64,000 nucleotides of DNA from an uncultured Actinomycetota bacterium. GTDB taxonomy: Bacteria > Actinomycetota > Thermoleophilia > RBG-16-64-13. Below are positions 44,169-56,751 of this stretch, in pieces (the stretch's first letter is position 1; each line of letters starts with the position of its first letter). The stretch is from the NCBI GenBank assembly GCA_963783835.1, contig CAWAOX010000014.1:238614-302613 (forward strand), in the 5' to 3' direction. Made by a program: the position numbers and the translations under genes. Below the pieces are notes generated by a model. That model had not been told where the DNA came from. It did not search any database and saw only the letters and a list, made by a program, of their open reading frames with translations.

Positions 44169-45623
44169 GTGGAGGGAAGCTACAGCGACCCTATCTGGGA
44201 GAAGGCTCTCGAGCTGATCCTGCAGCAGGTCAACGAGGGTACGTTCCACATCTGGTTCGCTCAGACCGCTGGTCTGGGCCTCACGGATGGGGTCTATTCG
44301 GTCGGGGTCTCTTCGGACTTCGCCAAGGACTGGATCGACTCGCGGTTCCGCGCCCTCATATCCGACGCGGTGACGCAGGTGGTGGGCAGCCCTGTGGATT
44401 GCGAGATCGTGGTAGTGCCGAATCTGGACTACCAACTCCCCTCGAGCGCTGGCGGGGAGCCGGGGACAGCCCCCACTACCGGTGGCGTTCGTGCCTCGAC
44501 AGGTGCGGCAGCGCGCGTCGCCCAAAGCTCCGAGCCCACCCCAAGGCGCTTGGCCGGCAACCACGCCGGGCCGGTCACGGTCGAGGGAAGCGCGGCGGCG
44601 GCGGGCCTTGTAGGCAAGTACACGTTCGACACCTTCGTCGTCGGCCAGTCGAACCGCTTCGCCCACGCAGCCGCACTGGCGGCGGCGGAGACCCCCGGCA
44701 CGCAGTACAACCCCCTCTTCATCTATGGAGGAGTGGGCCTCGGGAAGACCCACCTCCTCCAGGCCGTCGGGCACTACGTACTGCGCAATCATCCCGGGCT
44801 GAAGGTCCGCTACCTGACCCTGGAGACCTTCACCAACGAGTTCATCGGCTCGCTGCGGGACGACAGCATCGAGGGATTCAAGAACCGCTACCGCACTGTC
44901 GACGTGTTGCTTATCGACGACATCCAGTTCCTGCAGAAGAAGGAACAGACCCAGGAGGAGTTCTTCCACACCTTCAACACCCTCTACGACGCGCAGAAGC
45001 AGATCGTCCTGACCTCGGACAGGCACCCCAAAGGCCTGGCGACGCTGGAGGATAGGCTTGTTTCCCGCTTCGAGTGGGGCCTCATCACCGACATCCAGCC
45101 ACCGGACCTCGAGACGAGGGTGGCGATCCTGCAGAAGAAGGCCCGGACCGACCGCCTGGTCCTCGCGGACGACGACACCTTGATGTTCATCGCCTCGCGG
45201 GTCCCCACCAATATCAGGGAACTCGAAGGGTGCCTCACCCGCGTGGTGGCCTACTCCTCCATCACCAAGCGCCCCATCAACGTGGAACTGGCGCGCGAGG
45301 TGCTCAAGGATATCCCCGAGACCGCGGCCTCACGCGTGACCATCGATATCATCCTTTCGGCCGTCGCCGAATCCACCGGGGTGTCGGTGACGGAGATCAT
45401 CGGCGACAAGCGCTCCCGGCCGGTCGTGGACAGCCGTCACGTCGCTATGTATCTCGCCCGAGAACTCACCGACTTAAGCCTGCCGAAAATCGGCGAGCGG
45501 TTCGGTAACCGAGACCACACCACGGTCCTTCACGCTGTCGAGAAGATCACAAAACTTATGCGCGAGGACCGGGAGATGTACAACCGAGTCCAGAGACTCA
45601 CCACCAAGATCAAGAGCGCCTGA
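44169..45623 (+). CDS. dnaA: chromosomal replication initiator DnaA (start set at in-frame GTG with GGGGGA SD; ORF could extend to ATG 44040)
   Basis: Domain I 'IWEKALELILQQVNEGTFHIWF', AAA+ 'NPLFIYGGVGLGKTHLLQAVG', sensor motifs, domain IV 'VAMYLARELTDLSLPKIGERFGNRDHTTVLHAVEKI'. Confidence 0.9.
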   Translation: MEGSYSDPIWEKALELILQQVNEGTFHIWFAQTAGLGLTDGVYSVGVSSDFAKDWIDSRFRALISDAVTQVVGSPVDCEIVVVPNLDYQLPSSAGGEPGTAPTTGGVRASTGAAARVAQSSEPTPRRLAGNHAGPVTVEGSAAAAGLVGKYTFDTFVVGQSNRFAHAAALAAAETPGTQYNPLFIYGGVGLGKTHLLQAVGHYVLRNHPGLKVRYLTLETFTNEFIGSLRDDSIEGFKNRYRTVDVLLIDDIQFLQKKEQTQEEFFHTFNTLYDAQKQIVLTSDRHPKGLATLEDRLVSRFEWGLITDIQPPDLETRVAILQKKARTDRLVLADDDTLMFIASRVPTNIRELEGCLTRVVAYSSITKRPINVELAREVLKDIPETAASRVTIDIILSAVAESTGVSVTEIIGDKRSRPVVDSRHVAMYLARELTDLSLPKIGERFGNRDHTTVLHAVEKITKLMREDREMYNRVQRLTTKIKSA

Positions 45624-45903
45624 TGGCTAATACTGCACACGGTCCTGTCGAAAACCCCGGGACAAACTGTGTATCGACAGGGTCTTCTTGCCCCAATCGC
45701 GCCACGCCCTCTCTTCACTGTTGGGCGGCCACTTCTTTTCCACAGCTTTATCCCTACCTCGTGAGCAGGCGTCCTGGTTGCTCATCCTTCTCTCGACCTG
45801 CGTCCACACCTTCCACAGTGTCTACTAATCCAGCTATATTTCTCACTAAGGATATTTTAAGTAATAAGCGGCGTACCGTGCCCCGAGCGACCGAGGAGCA
45901 CCG
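45624..45903. promoter_or_regulatory. dnaA-dnaN intergenic candidate oriC part 2: DnaA boxes plus AT-rich DNA-unwinding element
   Basis: TTTTCCACA at 45736-45744, 'CGTCCACAC' and 'CTTCCACAG' at ~45801-45818; AT-rich stretch 'AATCCAGCTATATTTCTCACTAAGGATATTTTAAGTAATAAG' ~45823-45870, immediately upstream of dnaN. Confidence 0.6.
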
Positions 45904-47007
45904 ATGAAACTGATCACGAACAAGCAGGCGCTGGTTGAGTGTCTCGGGATCGTAAACAAGGCAGTGTCCTCGCGCAGTTCGATCCAGGTGCTCTCAGGAG
46001 TGCTCATCGACGCTCGCGTCGAGGGAGTGTTGTTGTCGGCCACCGACATGGAGATATCTATCAAGGCCCCTCTGGCAGCGCGGGTAGAAGAGCCCGGTTC
46101 GCTCGTTGTACCGGCGAAGATCGCCTCGGACATCGCGCGAAGCCTGCCGTCAGGGGACGTGGTGCTTGAACAGAGAGCCGGCGAGACACAGGTCGAGATC
46201 CGGGCGGGCGAATCACTTTTCAACCTGCACTCGTTGCCTGCCGTGGATTTTCCTCAACTACCCGCACCTGCGGGGGAGGGGTTCACGGTCGGAAAGGCTG
46301 GTTTTCTCGAGACGGTCGACCGGGTGGCGCCGTCCGCCTCGCGGGATGAGACCCGGCCGGTATTGACCGGAGTGCTCATACACTTCACGAAGAACCAGGT
46401 GCGTATGGTCGCTACCGATAGTTACCGGCTCAGCGTGAAGGAGACCCCCGTCGAGTCTTCGGTGCCCGGCTCCCTCCAGGCGATCGTCCCCGGGAGAACT
46501 CTTCTCGAGTTGTCCCGCATCGCGAGCGGCATGCCCGACGACACCATCACTATCGTGCCAACCGAGAACCAGATGCTCTTTCGGATCGGCGGGGTCTTCC
46601 TGATCTCCCGGTTGATCGACGGCCAGTTCCCCAACTACCGCCAGTTGATCCCGGAGACGTTCGACTATGAAGTGGCGGTCGACCACGACGAACTGCTCGA
46701 GGCTGTCCGCCGCGTGGGCCTGTTGGCCCAGAAGAACGCTCCTCTCCGTCTGCGCTTCGCCGATAACACCCTCACGGTGTCCGCCGAATCTCAGGATGTG
46801 GGCAAAGCCCATGAGGCCATGCCCGTGCAGTACTCCGGTGACGACTTGGAGATCGGCTTCAACCCGGAGTTCCTCGAAGCCGGAGTGGCGGCCGTCAAAG
46901 AAGAAACGGTATACCTCCGCTTCATCAGCCCCCTGCGTCCCGGGCTACTCAAGGGCAGTTCGGAGGACTTCCTCTATCTCGTCATGCCCATACGCTTGAG
47001 CGACTAG
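45904..47007 (+). CDS. dnaN: DNA polymerase III beta sliding clamp
   Basis: Typical DnaN three-domain sequence; conserved position after dnaA. Confidence 0.95.
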   Translation: MKLITNKQALVECLGIVNKAVSSRSSIQVLSGVLIDARVEGVLLSATDMEISIKAPLAARVEEPGSLVVPAKIASDIARSLPSGDVVLEQRAGETQVEIRAGESLFNLHSLPAVDFPQLPAPAGEGFTVGKAGFLETVDRVAPSASRDETRPVLTGVLIHFTKNQVRMVATDSYRLSVKETPVESSVPGSLQAIVPGRTLLELSRIASGMPDDTITIVPTENQMLFRIGGVFLISRLIDGQFPNYRQLIPETFDYEVAVDHDELLEAVRRVGLLAQKNAPLRLRFADNTLTVSAESQDVGKAHEAMPVQYSGDDLEIGFNPEFLEAGVAAVKEETVYLRFISPLRPGLLKGSSEDFLYLVMPIRLSD

Positions 47008-47017
47008 GGCCGTCGCC

Positions 47018-47314
47018 GTGGCGCCGCCTGCAAAGGGCACCCGGAAGCCGGCGGCTCCCGAAACCGTCCCCGTACGGCTTCCCATCACGCTGGGCCAGTT
47101 CCTCAAGGTAGCGAGCCTCGCCTCGTCGGGAGGGGAGGCGAAGGCTCTGATCGGCCGCGGGTCGGTCCGGGTCAACGGCGAGACCGAGCAAAGGCGGGGC
47201 CGTAAGCTTGTGCCCGGAGACGTGGTGCAGGTAGAAGCGGCAGCGGCTCAGGTCGCCGCCCTGGATGAAGTAGCGACGGACGCCGGGGCGGGCCCAGCGA
47301 ACGGCACTTCCTAG
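47018..47314 (+). CDS. S4-domain RNA-binding protein (YaaA-like, conserved between dnaN and recF)
   Basis: 'ITLGQFLKVASLASSGGEAKALIGRGSVRVNGETEQRRGRKLVPGDVV' S4 fold pattern; synteny. Confidence 0.7.
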   Translation: MAPPAKGTRKPAAPETVPVRLPITLGQFLKVASLASSGGEAKALIGRGSVRVNGETEQRRGRKLVPGDVVQVEAAAAQVAALDEVATDAGAGPANGTS

Positions 47315-47323
47315 CGCAAGGCG

Positions 47324-48475
47324 ATGTTCGTCCGGAGACTCAGCCTCACGAATCTCCGCTGCCGGCACGAGCTGGAGGTGGAGTTGGACGAAGGGCTCAA
47401 CATTCTGGTAGGACCGAACGGAGCGGGCAAGACCACCGTCCTCGAAGCTGCCGCGCTGGTGTTGTTGGGCGCTCCCCTGCGGACCACCAACGTGCGCGAC
47501 GTGATCAGCAGGGGCAAGGATCATCTGCGGGTGGAAGTAGAGCTGGGGGAGACCGGGGGCGGCACCGGCGCCCGCGCCGGGCCCGCCATCATCATCGCCG
47601 CCGCGGCCCACAGCCGCGACGGCGAGAGGCGGCTTAGCGTGGACGGGGCGGCGCTCGACGATGCCGACCGTTGGAAGCAATTACTGCCCGTGCGGACGTT
47701 CGCTCCTGACGATCTCCGCCTGATCAAGGGCAGCCCCCGGAGGCGCCGGGAGTATCTCGACAGCCTGGCGAGCCGCTCGCATCCTGAGTACCCGGGAGCG
47801 CTGCGGCGGTACGAAGAAGCGCTCACGCAAAGGAACTTCCTCCTGCGGACGTCACGTGGCCGGCTGCATGATCCCGAGTTCGAGCCGTGGGAGGCGCTGC
47901 TTGCCAGCACCGGGCTGCTGGTCTCTGGGTGGCGGGCCGCCTCACTCTCCGCCTTCGTCGGCGCTTTTCAGCGGACCCACGAGCAGCTGACGGCCGAGCG
48001 CACGGAGGACTTGAGGTTGGTCTACCGGACCAACGTGGCCGGCCTGGACGAGACTGCATACCGGGCCCGGCTGGCGGAGAGCCGGGGAGCCGATCAGCAG
48101 CGCACCTACACTCACCTCGGCCCCCACCGGGACGACCTCCGGCTGCTTCACCGCGGCCTGGACATGCGCGACTGCGCGTCGCAAGGGGAGCAGCGGACGG
48201 CTCTACTGGCCCTGGTACTGGCCGAGTGGGAGCATCTCCTCGCCGGTCCTTCGCGGCCGCTGCTGCTGCTCGACGATGTGATGAGCGAGCTCGATCCGTC
48301 CAGGCGGCGAAGACTCATCGCCTTCACCCGTCGCGGAGGGCAGACGGTGATAACCACGACCGACCTCCGCTATTTCTCGCCGGAAGAGCTCCAGCAGGCG
48401 CGGGTCGTCGACCTGGGTCCGGGGAACGGGGGCACGGAGGGCATGAGCCCCGGGGAAGAACACGTGGATGGCTGA
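47324..48475 (+). CDS. recF: DNA replication and repair protein RecF
   Basis: Walker A 'GPNGAGKTTVLEA', signature 'SQGEQRTALLAL', 'LLLDDVMSELD'. Confidence 0.9.
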   Translation: MFVRRLSLTNLRCRHELEVELDEGLNILVGPNGAGKTTVLEAAALVLLGAPLRTTNVRDVISRGKDHLRVEVELGETGGGTGARAGPAIIIAAAAHSRDGERRLSVDGAALDDADRWKQLLPVRTFAPDDLRLIKGSPRRRREYLDSLASRSHPEYPGALRRYEEALTQRNFLLRTSRGRLHDPEFEPWEALLASTGLLVSGWRAASLSAFVGAFQRTHEQLTAERTEDLRLVYRTNVAGLDETAYRARLAESRGADQQRTYTHLGPHRDDLRLLHRGLDMRDCASQGEQRTALLALVLAEWEHLLAGPSRPLLLLDDVMSELDPSRRRRLIAFTRRGGQTVITTTDLRYFSPEELQQARVVDLGPGNGGTEGMSPGEEHVDG

Positions 48476-49169
48476 TAGGCCGGATTTCAATCGTCTGGGC
48501 GACCTGCTGCCCGCCGGGAATGAGGGCGCTCTGGGGGCCAGCGGGCCGGGCGAAGCGCGTGAGGGCAGCAGCGGCGCCGGTCCTTCGCGTCAGACTCCGA
48601 TGAGCGGCGCCGCGGATGACCGCGCCGCCGACCTGAACCGGCTGCTGGCCGCGGTATGGGCGGACGTCGTGGGGGCTGAGGTGGCGGGTAACGCGAAGCC
48701 GGTCCAGTTGCGGGAGGGGCGGCTCGTCGTGACCACCTCGTCCAGTGCCTGGGCGCAGACCCTCCAGCTGATGAGCGAGATGGTCATCGCCCGGCTCAAC
48801 GAGCGGCTTGGCGAGGCGGCCGTCAAGAAGGCGGTGTTCCGGCACGCCGGGTGGGAGGACTTCTCGCCTGTGGCCGCCGGACCACCGGCGGCCGGGCGGA
48901 GTCCGCGTGGCCGCGGTGGGCGAGACGTGCACGCCCCCACGCCCCGCGAGGCCGACCAGCCCGAGGGGGCTTCGCTGACCGGCGCCACTCCTCCTTCTGC
49001 TCCTCCCGGCGCCGTCGCCGGGGACGATCCGGCCGGGTTCTCGGACGAGGAGAAGCAGGCCCTGGCCGATCTGGAACTGCTGCCCCTCCTCCCCTCCGTC
49101 AAGGAGACGATCAGGGATGCGATGAAGGCGGGATTCGTCCGCGCCAGGCAGGATTCCGGCCGCTCATAG
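48468..49169 (+). CDS. dciA: DUF721/DciA-family protein (putative replicative-helicase operator) with low-complexity C-terminal half
   Basis: 'LNRLLAAVWADVVGAEVAGNAKPVQLREGRLVVTTSSSAWAQTLQLMSEMVIARLNE' fits DUF721; recF-gyrB position as in actinobacteria. Confidence 0.7.
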   Translation: MADRPDFNRLGDLLPAGNEGALGASGPGEAREGSSGAGPSRQTPMSGAADDRAADLNRLLAAVWADVVGAEVAGNAKPVQLREGRLVVTTSSSAWAQTLQLMSEMVIARLNERLGEAAVKKAVFRHAGWEDFSPVAAGPPAAGRSPRGRGGRDVHAPTPREADQPEGASLTGATPPSAPPGAVAGDDPAGFSDEEKQALADLELLPLLPSVKETIRDAMKAGFVRARQDSGRS

Positions 49170-49204
49170 CGTACTATTTGAGGTCGGGGAAAGGCCCCAT
49201 GTGG

Positions 49205-49210
49205 TAGAAT
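49205..49210 (+). promoter_or_regulatory. candidate -10 element (TAGAAT) of a gyrB promoter
   Basis: TAGAAT hexamer in dciA-gyrB intergenic region ~135 nt upstream of gyrB ATG; no clear -35 element. Confidence 0.25.
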
Positions 49211-49323
49211 GTAGCCTGTGGTCAGCACGACCCAGAGTTACAAGATCGGGCCCTTCTTCCAGCCTTCCGGGAGCATCCCCAGCATGCGTGTTGGGCTTTG
49301 CGCGAGCGGGAGGAAGTGCGTGA

Positions 49324-51483
<2,160 letters not shown>

Positions 51484-51486
51484 GCC

Positions 51487-54078
51487 ATGGAGACCTTAGA
51501 GGGCCGCATAGAGCAGATCGAGATCGCGGACGAGATGCGCGCGTCCTACCTCGATTACGCCATGAGCGTGATCGTTGGCCGGGCTCTACCCGACGTGCGG
51601 GACGGCCTCAAGCCCGTGCACCGCCGCGTGCTCTTCGGCATGCACGACTCGGGCATGCAACCCAACCGCCCTTACCGCAAATGCGCGAGGATCGTCGGGG
51701 ATGTCATGGGGAATTTCCACCCCCACGGCGACAGCTCCATCTACGATGCTCTGGTGCGGATGGCCCAGAACTTCTCCATCCGCTACCCGCTCGTCGACGG
51801 CCACGGCAACTTCGGCTCGGTCGACGGCGATTCGGCCGCGGCCATGCGCTACACGGAGTGCCGTCTGGCTCGGGTCGCCACCGAGATGCTGCGCGACATC
51901 GACGCGGAAACGGTCGACTGGACCCCCAACTATGACGAGAGCCGGGAAGAGCCGACGGTACTGCCTTCTCGCTTCCCCAACCTGCTGGTCAATGGCAGTT
52001 CGGGCATCGCCGTGGGTATGGCCACGAACATCCCGCCGCACAACCTGGGCGAAACGATCGCGGCTACCGTCGCTCTGATCGACGATCCTTCGCTCACCAG
52101 CGGCGATCTGATGCGCTACATCAAGGGCCCGGACTTCCCCACCGCGGGGATCATCATGGGCCATGCCGGCATCCGCGAAGCGTACGAGACCGGCCGAGGC
52201 CGGATCGTCGTGCGGTCCCGCGCGCACAGCGAGCCGCTCAAGCAGGGCAAGACGGCGATCATCGTCACCGAGCTTCCCTATCAGGTGAACAAAGCGCAGC
52301 TCATCGAAAAGATCGCGGAGTTGGTGCGCGAGAAGAAGATCTCCGAGATCTCAGACCTTCGCGACGAGTCGGATCGCTCCGGCATGCGGGTCGTCATCGA
52401 GCTCAAGCGCGAAGCGGTGCCCAAGGTCGTGCTGAACAAGCTGTTCAAGCACACGGCCATGCAGAGCACGTTCGGCGTCATCATGCTGGCGCTGGCCGAC
52501 GGCGTCCCCAAGACGCTCTCGCTGCGCGAGATGCTCCGCTACTACATCGCGCACCAGAAAGAGGTCATCGTCCGGCGGACAAAGTTCGAGCTGGACAAGG
52601 CCAAGAAGCGGGCCCATATCCTCGAAGGCCTGCTGATCGCCATCTCCAACTTAGACGAAGTCATCCGCATCATCCGCTCGAGCGAAGACACCGAAGCCGC
52701 CAAGATGGGCCTCATGAGCCGCTTCGGGCTCAGCGACGAGCAGGCCCAGGCCATCGTCGACCTGAGGCTGCGCAACCTTACCGCCCTCGAGCACCACAAG
52801 ATCGAGGAAGAGCACCGCGATCTGCTCGAGCGGATCGCCTACCTGGAGAACCTGCTGGCCAACGAGAGCCTCATCTACGACGTGATCAAAGAGGAACTCC
52901 TCGAGATCAAGCAGATGTACGCCGACGACCGCCGTACCGAGATCCTCCCCTCGGAGGACGAGATCGACATCGAGGACATGATCGCCGTCGAAGAGATGGT
53001 CATCTCCATCTCCGCTTCCGGCTACGTCAAGCGCCTGCCGGTCTCCACCTATCGCACCCAGCACCGGGGGGGCATCGGGGTCACCGGGATGGATCTCAAA
53101 GAGGGCGACTACATCGAGCACCTCTTCATCACCACGACGCATCACTTCCTGCTGTTCATCACCTCGCGGGGCAAGATCTACCGGCAGAAAGTGCACGAAC
53201 TGCCCCTGGGAAGCCGGCAGAGTAAGGGGCGGCACGTCGCCAACATCCTTCCGCTTGCCCAGGGTGAGAAGATCAAAGCGGTCATCGCCACCAAGGACTA
53301 CAGCGACGCCAAGTACCTGGTGTTCGCCACGTCGAAAGGCATCATCAAAAAGACCCGCTTCCTCGATTACGCCACCAGCCTCAAGGCCGACGGCATCATC
53401 GCCATCAACCTGGAAGGTGACGATGAGTTGGTCGCGGTGCGGCACACAAGCGGACACGACGATCTCATCCTGGTGTCGAGCGAGGGCAAGGCTATCCGCT
53501 TCCACGAATACGACGTCCGGCCGACCGGACGCAACACCATGGGTGTCCAGGGCATGCGGCTACCTCATGGCCACGTTCTCGTCGGGATGGCGGTAGCAGA
53601 GGACGACGCAGATCTCTTCTGCGTCACCAGCGGCGGCTACGGCAAACGGACCCCCGCTATCAGCTACCCGGTCCACAGGCGGGGCGGCCAGGGCGTCATC
53701 ACCATCAAGGACTCGCTCGATCGGGGCGATCTCGTGGGGGTCACCTCCGTCCGTAACAATCACGAGCTCATGCTCATGAGCCAGGACGGCACCGTCATAC
53801 GGGTGCAGGTGGAGAGCGTGCGGTGCACCGGCCGTAACACCATGGGCGTCAGGGTCATGAATTTGCGTGGCGCAGACAAGGTGTCGAGCATGGCTCGCCT
53901 TGTTGGCGGGACCAATGGCAATGGTCATAGCGTCGACGGCAACGGTGACGGGGAGGCTGATAGCGGTTCGGAAGCCGGTCTCGTCTCGGCCTACGAAGAG
54001 ACGGACGACCTCGAGGACACCATGGACGTGGAGGATAACGGCGGCGAGGACATCGGGCCGGAGAACGATCTGGCCTAG
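51487..54078 (+). CDS. gyrA: DNA gyrase subunit A with acidic C-terminal tail
   Basis: '[18 protein letters not shown]', active-site Tyr region '[11 protein letters not shown]', C-terminal beta-pinwheel repeats. Confidence 0.95.
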   Translation: METLEGRIEQIEIADEMRASYLDYAMSVIVGRALPDVRDGLKPVHRRVLFGMHDSGMQPNRPYRKCARIVGDVMGNFHPHGDSSIYDALVRMAQNFSIRYPLVDGHGNFGSVDGDSAAAMRYTECRLARVATEMLRDIDAETVDWTPNYDESREEPTVLPSRFPNLLVNGSSGIAVGMATNIPPHNLGETIAATVALIDDPSLTSGDLMRYIKGPDFPTAGIIMGHAGIREAYETGRGRIVVRSRAHSEPLKQGKTAIIVTELPYQVNKAQLIEKIAELVREKKISEISDLRDESDRSGMRVVIELKREAVPKVVLNKLFKHTAMQSTFGVIMLALADGVPKTLSLREMLRYYIAHQKEVIVRRTKFELDKAKKRAHILEGLLIAISNLDEVIRIIRSSEDTEAAKMGLMSRFGLSDEQAQAIVDLRLRNLTALEHHKIEEEHRDLLERIAYLENLLANESLIYDVIKEELLEIKQMYADDRRTEILPSEDEIDIEDMIAVEEMVISISASGYVKRLPVSTYRTQHRGGIGVTGMDLKEGDYIEHLFITTTHHFLLFITSRGKIYRQKVHELPLGSRQSKGRHVANILPLAQGEKIKAVIATKDYSDAKYLVFATSKGIIKKTRFLDYATSLKADGIIAINLEGDDELVAVRHTSGHDDLILVSSEGKAIRFHEYDVRPTGRNTMGVQGMRLPHGHVLVGMAVAEDDADLFCVTSGGYGKRTPAISYPVHRRGGQGVITIKDSLDRGDLVGVTSVRNNHELMLMSQDGTVIRVQVESVRCTGRNTMGVRVMNLRGADKVSSMARLVGGTNGNGHSVDGNGDGEADSGSEAGLVSAYEETDDLEDTMDVEDNGGEDIGPENDLA

Positions 54079-54137
54079 AAGTCGCTTCCTGGCCAGCCGG
54101 CCGGGGGTGGGTCCCGCCCTCCCGCCCTCCGCTGGGT

Positions 54138-54485
54138 CTATTTGCCGCCGTTGGCCACCCAGGCGGCCAGGGCGGCTATCTGAGCGGCGGTCAGCTTGTC
54201 TTTGAAGGCGGGCATCTTCTTGCCGTTGCCTGCTTCGATGAGCGATCTGACTCGGTCGGCGCTACCACTCGGCACGTTCTTGTGGCAACCGGCGCAGTTC
54301 TGAGAGAAGAGCGCCGCCGCGTCGACGGAGACCTCCGCTGTGGTCGTGGCGCCGTCCGGGGTGGTGGTCGATCCCGCCGGAGCCGCCGTCGTCGAGGTGG
54401 AACTGCCGCCGCAGGAGGCGAGGACCAACACGGCCACCAGCACGACGACCGACACTGTGATCAGCCAGAGATGCCGTCTCCTCAT
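54138..54485 (-). CDS. class I c-type cytochrome lipoprotein
   Basis: Signal peptide with lipobox 'LASCGG', T/S-rich linker, haem-binding 'CAGCH'; start placed at internal Met (MRRRHLWLITV) rather than ORF start 54701. Confidence 0.65.
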   Translation of the reverse strand: MRRRHLWLITVSVVVLVAVLVLASCGGSSTSTTAAPAGSTTTPDGATTTAEVSVDAAALFSQNCAGCHKNVPSGSADRVRSLIEAGNGKKMPAFKDKLTAAQIAALAAWVANGGK

Positions 54486-54658
54486 CCGACCTCTCCTCCT
54501 CGAACACCCTGTTAGCGATTCTGGAGCCCGAGCGAACGACTCGCACCGGCGTAAGCTCAGTATAAACCCGCACCCACTCGGCGGGTTCGCGCCGGCTGTT
54601 TGGTGGAGTATCATTTTCGGCACACGCAATCCGGCTCGCTGGAAGAGGAGCGCCGTCG

Positions 54659-55339
54659 ATGAACATCTATTACTGGTCCTACATACTGCTGGTGCCGGCA
54701 CTGGTCCTCGGGATCTACGCCCAGGCCAGAGTCCGTTCCACCTTCAACCGTTACTCGCAGATCCCATCTGCCCGAGGCCTCACTGGGGCCCAGGGGGCGC
54801 GGCAACTGCTCGACTCCGCCGGTCTTGGCGACGTGGGCATCGAGGTGAAGGGGAGCCGCCTGTCGGACCACTACGACCCGCGCTCGCGCATGCTGACGCT
54901 GAGCCCCGACGTGGGCAACAGTAACTCGTTGGCCGCCCTGGGAGTGGCGGCGCACGAGGCGGGACACGCCATGCAACACTCCGTCGGCTACGCCCCGTTC
55001 CGTTACCGCAGCACCCTCGTTCCGGTGGCCAATCTCGGTAGCAATCTCGGGTTCATCCTGTTCTTCGTCGGGCTGTTCTTCTTCCAGCGCAACCCGGTGA
55101 TGATGAGCATTGGCATCGCGCTGTACTCCTGCGCGGTACTCTTCACCGTCGTCACTCTCCCGGTCGAGTTGGACGCGTCCAAGCGGGCGATGACCGAGCT
55201 TTCAAACAGGAACATCCTCGTGGCCGACGAACTCACAGGGGCGAAGAAGGTCCTGAGCGCGGCCGCCCTCACCTACGTTGCTGCTGCCCTCATGGCCGTC
55301 CTGCAACTGGTGAGGCTTATCCTCATCAGTCGCAGGTAA
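54659..55339 (+). CDS. YugP-family membrane zinc metallopeptidase
   Basis: 'HEAGHAMQH' zinc motif, N- and C-terminal TM segments. Confidence 0.75.
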   Translation: MNIYYWSYILLVPALVLGIYAQARVRSTFNRYSQIPSARGLTGAQGARQLLDSAGLGDVGIEVKGSRLSDHYDPRSRMLTLSPDVGNSNSLAALGVAAHEAGHAMQHSVGYAPFRYRSTLVPVANLGSNLGFILFFVGLFFFQRNPVMMSIGIALYSCAVLFTVVTLPVELDASKRAMTELSNRNILVADELTGAKKVLSAAALTYVAAALMAVLQLVRLILISRR

Positions 55340-55369
55340 TAGCGAGCTAGCCTCACACAGGGAGGGTGC

Positions 55370-56716
55370 ATGTCGATACCGCGGCTGCTGCTGGCCCCGA
55401 CGCATCGGACGGGCCTGGCGAACGCGGTGGCCGGCGCGCTCGCCGAGATCGTCACTGCGCACGGCCGCAAGGTCCGCTATCATCACTTGGGCCCGCTCGC
55501 TCCAGCCACCTGCTGGGACCGGTGGGAGGGCACCGCCTTTCTCGATCCGGACCTCTATGACGAAGACAGCCTGCTCCGGCTTTACGACGTGGCCACCCGT
55601 TCAGCTCAGCTCTCCCTCCTTTCCGCCAGCCATGGAGTGCTCGATCGGCCCGAGGGCGCCCGATGGAGGCCGGCCGACGTGGCCCGCATGCTCGACTGCC
55701 CGGTGGTGCTTGTCCTCGATTGCCGGAAATGGGGCGCTGGGATCCAGGCCCTGGTCGCCGGAGTGAAAGCGCACCTCTCCTCGCTCAACCTCGCCGGGGC
55801 TCTGCTGTCCGGGGTGGCAGGCCGTGACCACTACGACGTGCTCAGGGAGGCGCTCGCCGGGGAAGCGGTCCCCGTCGTCGGGTGTCTCTTCGAGGGGGAT
55901 GGTCCGGGCTGGGAGACGCCTGCTCCGGGAGCCTGGGGCCTGCCTCTCGATCGGGCCCTTCTGGAGGCGGTCGAGCGCCAGGTCGACGTAGGCGCCCTGC
56001 TCGCACTCGCGGGTCAGCGGGGGTTCCTCTCGTCGCAGAACCTGCTGACCGACCGGGGAAGCGAAGGCCCCCTCATCATGGTCGCCGGGGGCGCCGGCTT
56101 CACGCCGTGGAGCCGGGATTCGATCGAGGTCCTGCGCTCCGCAGGCGCCCGCATCCGACGGCTGGACCTCGTAGAGGACGAGATCCTGCCCGCTGAAGCG
56201 GCGGGACTGGTGCTTGCCGGGACAGTCTGGCCTTCCAGCCTGATAGACATAGCCATGAACCAGTCGCTGCTACTGGACATGCGCACCCGCATAGCCACGG
56301 GTCTGCCTACTCTGGCTCTCGGGGGCGGGTTCCTAGTGCTCCTCAACACGGTCCAGGACTCGCTCGGGAGGACGGTGGAGCTTACCGGCGTGCTTCCCGG
56401 CGATGGGGAGATCCTTTGGGATCTGGAGGATCCGGCGTATGTCGAGGTGACCGCCGAGCGCGAGAACCCGCTTCTGGAAAAAGGGCAGACGGTGAAGGGC
56501 TGGGTCCTGACCGATGTCGAAGTGCTCGACCCCGCTCCCACCTGGGACCCGCCTCTGGTCCTGCGCGGCGCTGGAGTCTCCGGGGAACAGAGGGAGGGAG
56601 CGGGAACTCGCTCGCTGCTGTGCTCGCGCGCGCTCATCCACTTGTCGGGAGCGCCCGGGCTTGCCGGCCACTTCGTCCAGGAATGCGCCGTGTACGGTTC
56701 GGGCCGCTTCTGGTAG
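55370..56716 (+). CDS. CbiA/CobB (cobyrinate a,c-diamide synthase)-family homolog, apparently degenerate in both the P-loop and the GATase nucleophile
   Basis: Overall CobB-like two-domain layout, but N-term 'LLLAPTHRTGLANAVAG' lacks GKT/S and the GATase-3 motif reads 'PTLALGGGFLVL' in place of 'AECGG'. Confidence 0.55.
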   Translation: MSIPRLLLAPTHRTGLANAVAGALAEIVTAHGRKVRYHHLGPLAPATCWDRWEGTAFLDPDLYDEDSLLRLYDVATRSAQLSLLSASHGVLDRPEGARWRPADVARMLDCPVVLVLDCRKWGAGIQALVAGVKAHLSSLNLAGALLSGVAGRDHYDVLREALAGEAVPVVGCLFEGDGPGWETPAPGAWGLPLDRALLEAVERQVDVGALLALAGQRGFLSSQNLLTDRGSEGPLIMVAGGAGFTPWSRDSIEVLRSAGARIRRLDLVEDEILPAEAAGLVLAGTVWPSSLIDIAMNQSLLLDMRTRIATGLPTLALGGGFLVLLNTVQDSLGRTVELTGVLPGDGEILWDLEDPAYVEVTAERENPLLEKGQTVKGWVLTDVEVLDPAPTWDPPLVLRGAGVSGEQREGAGTRSLLCSRALIHLSGAPGLAGHFVQECAVYGSGRFW

Positions 56717-56751
56717 CCTACTCATCTCACAGCGACGGAGAAGGAGGCCGC

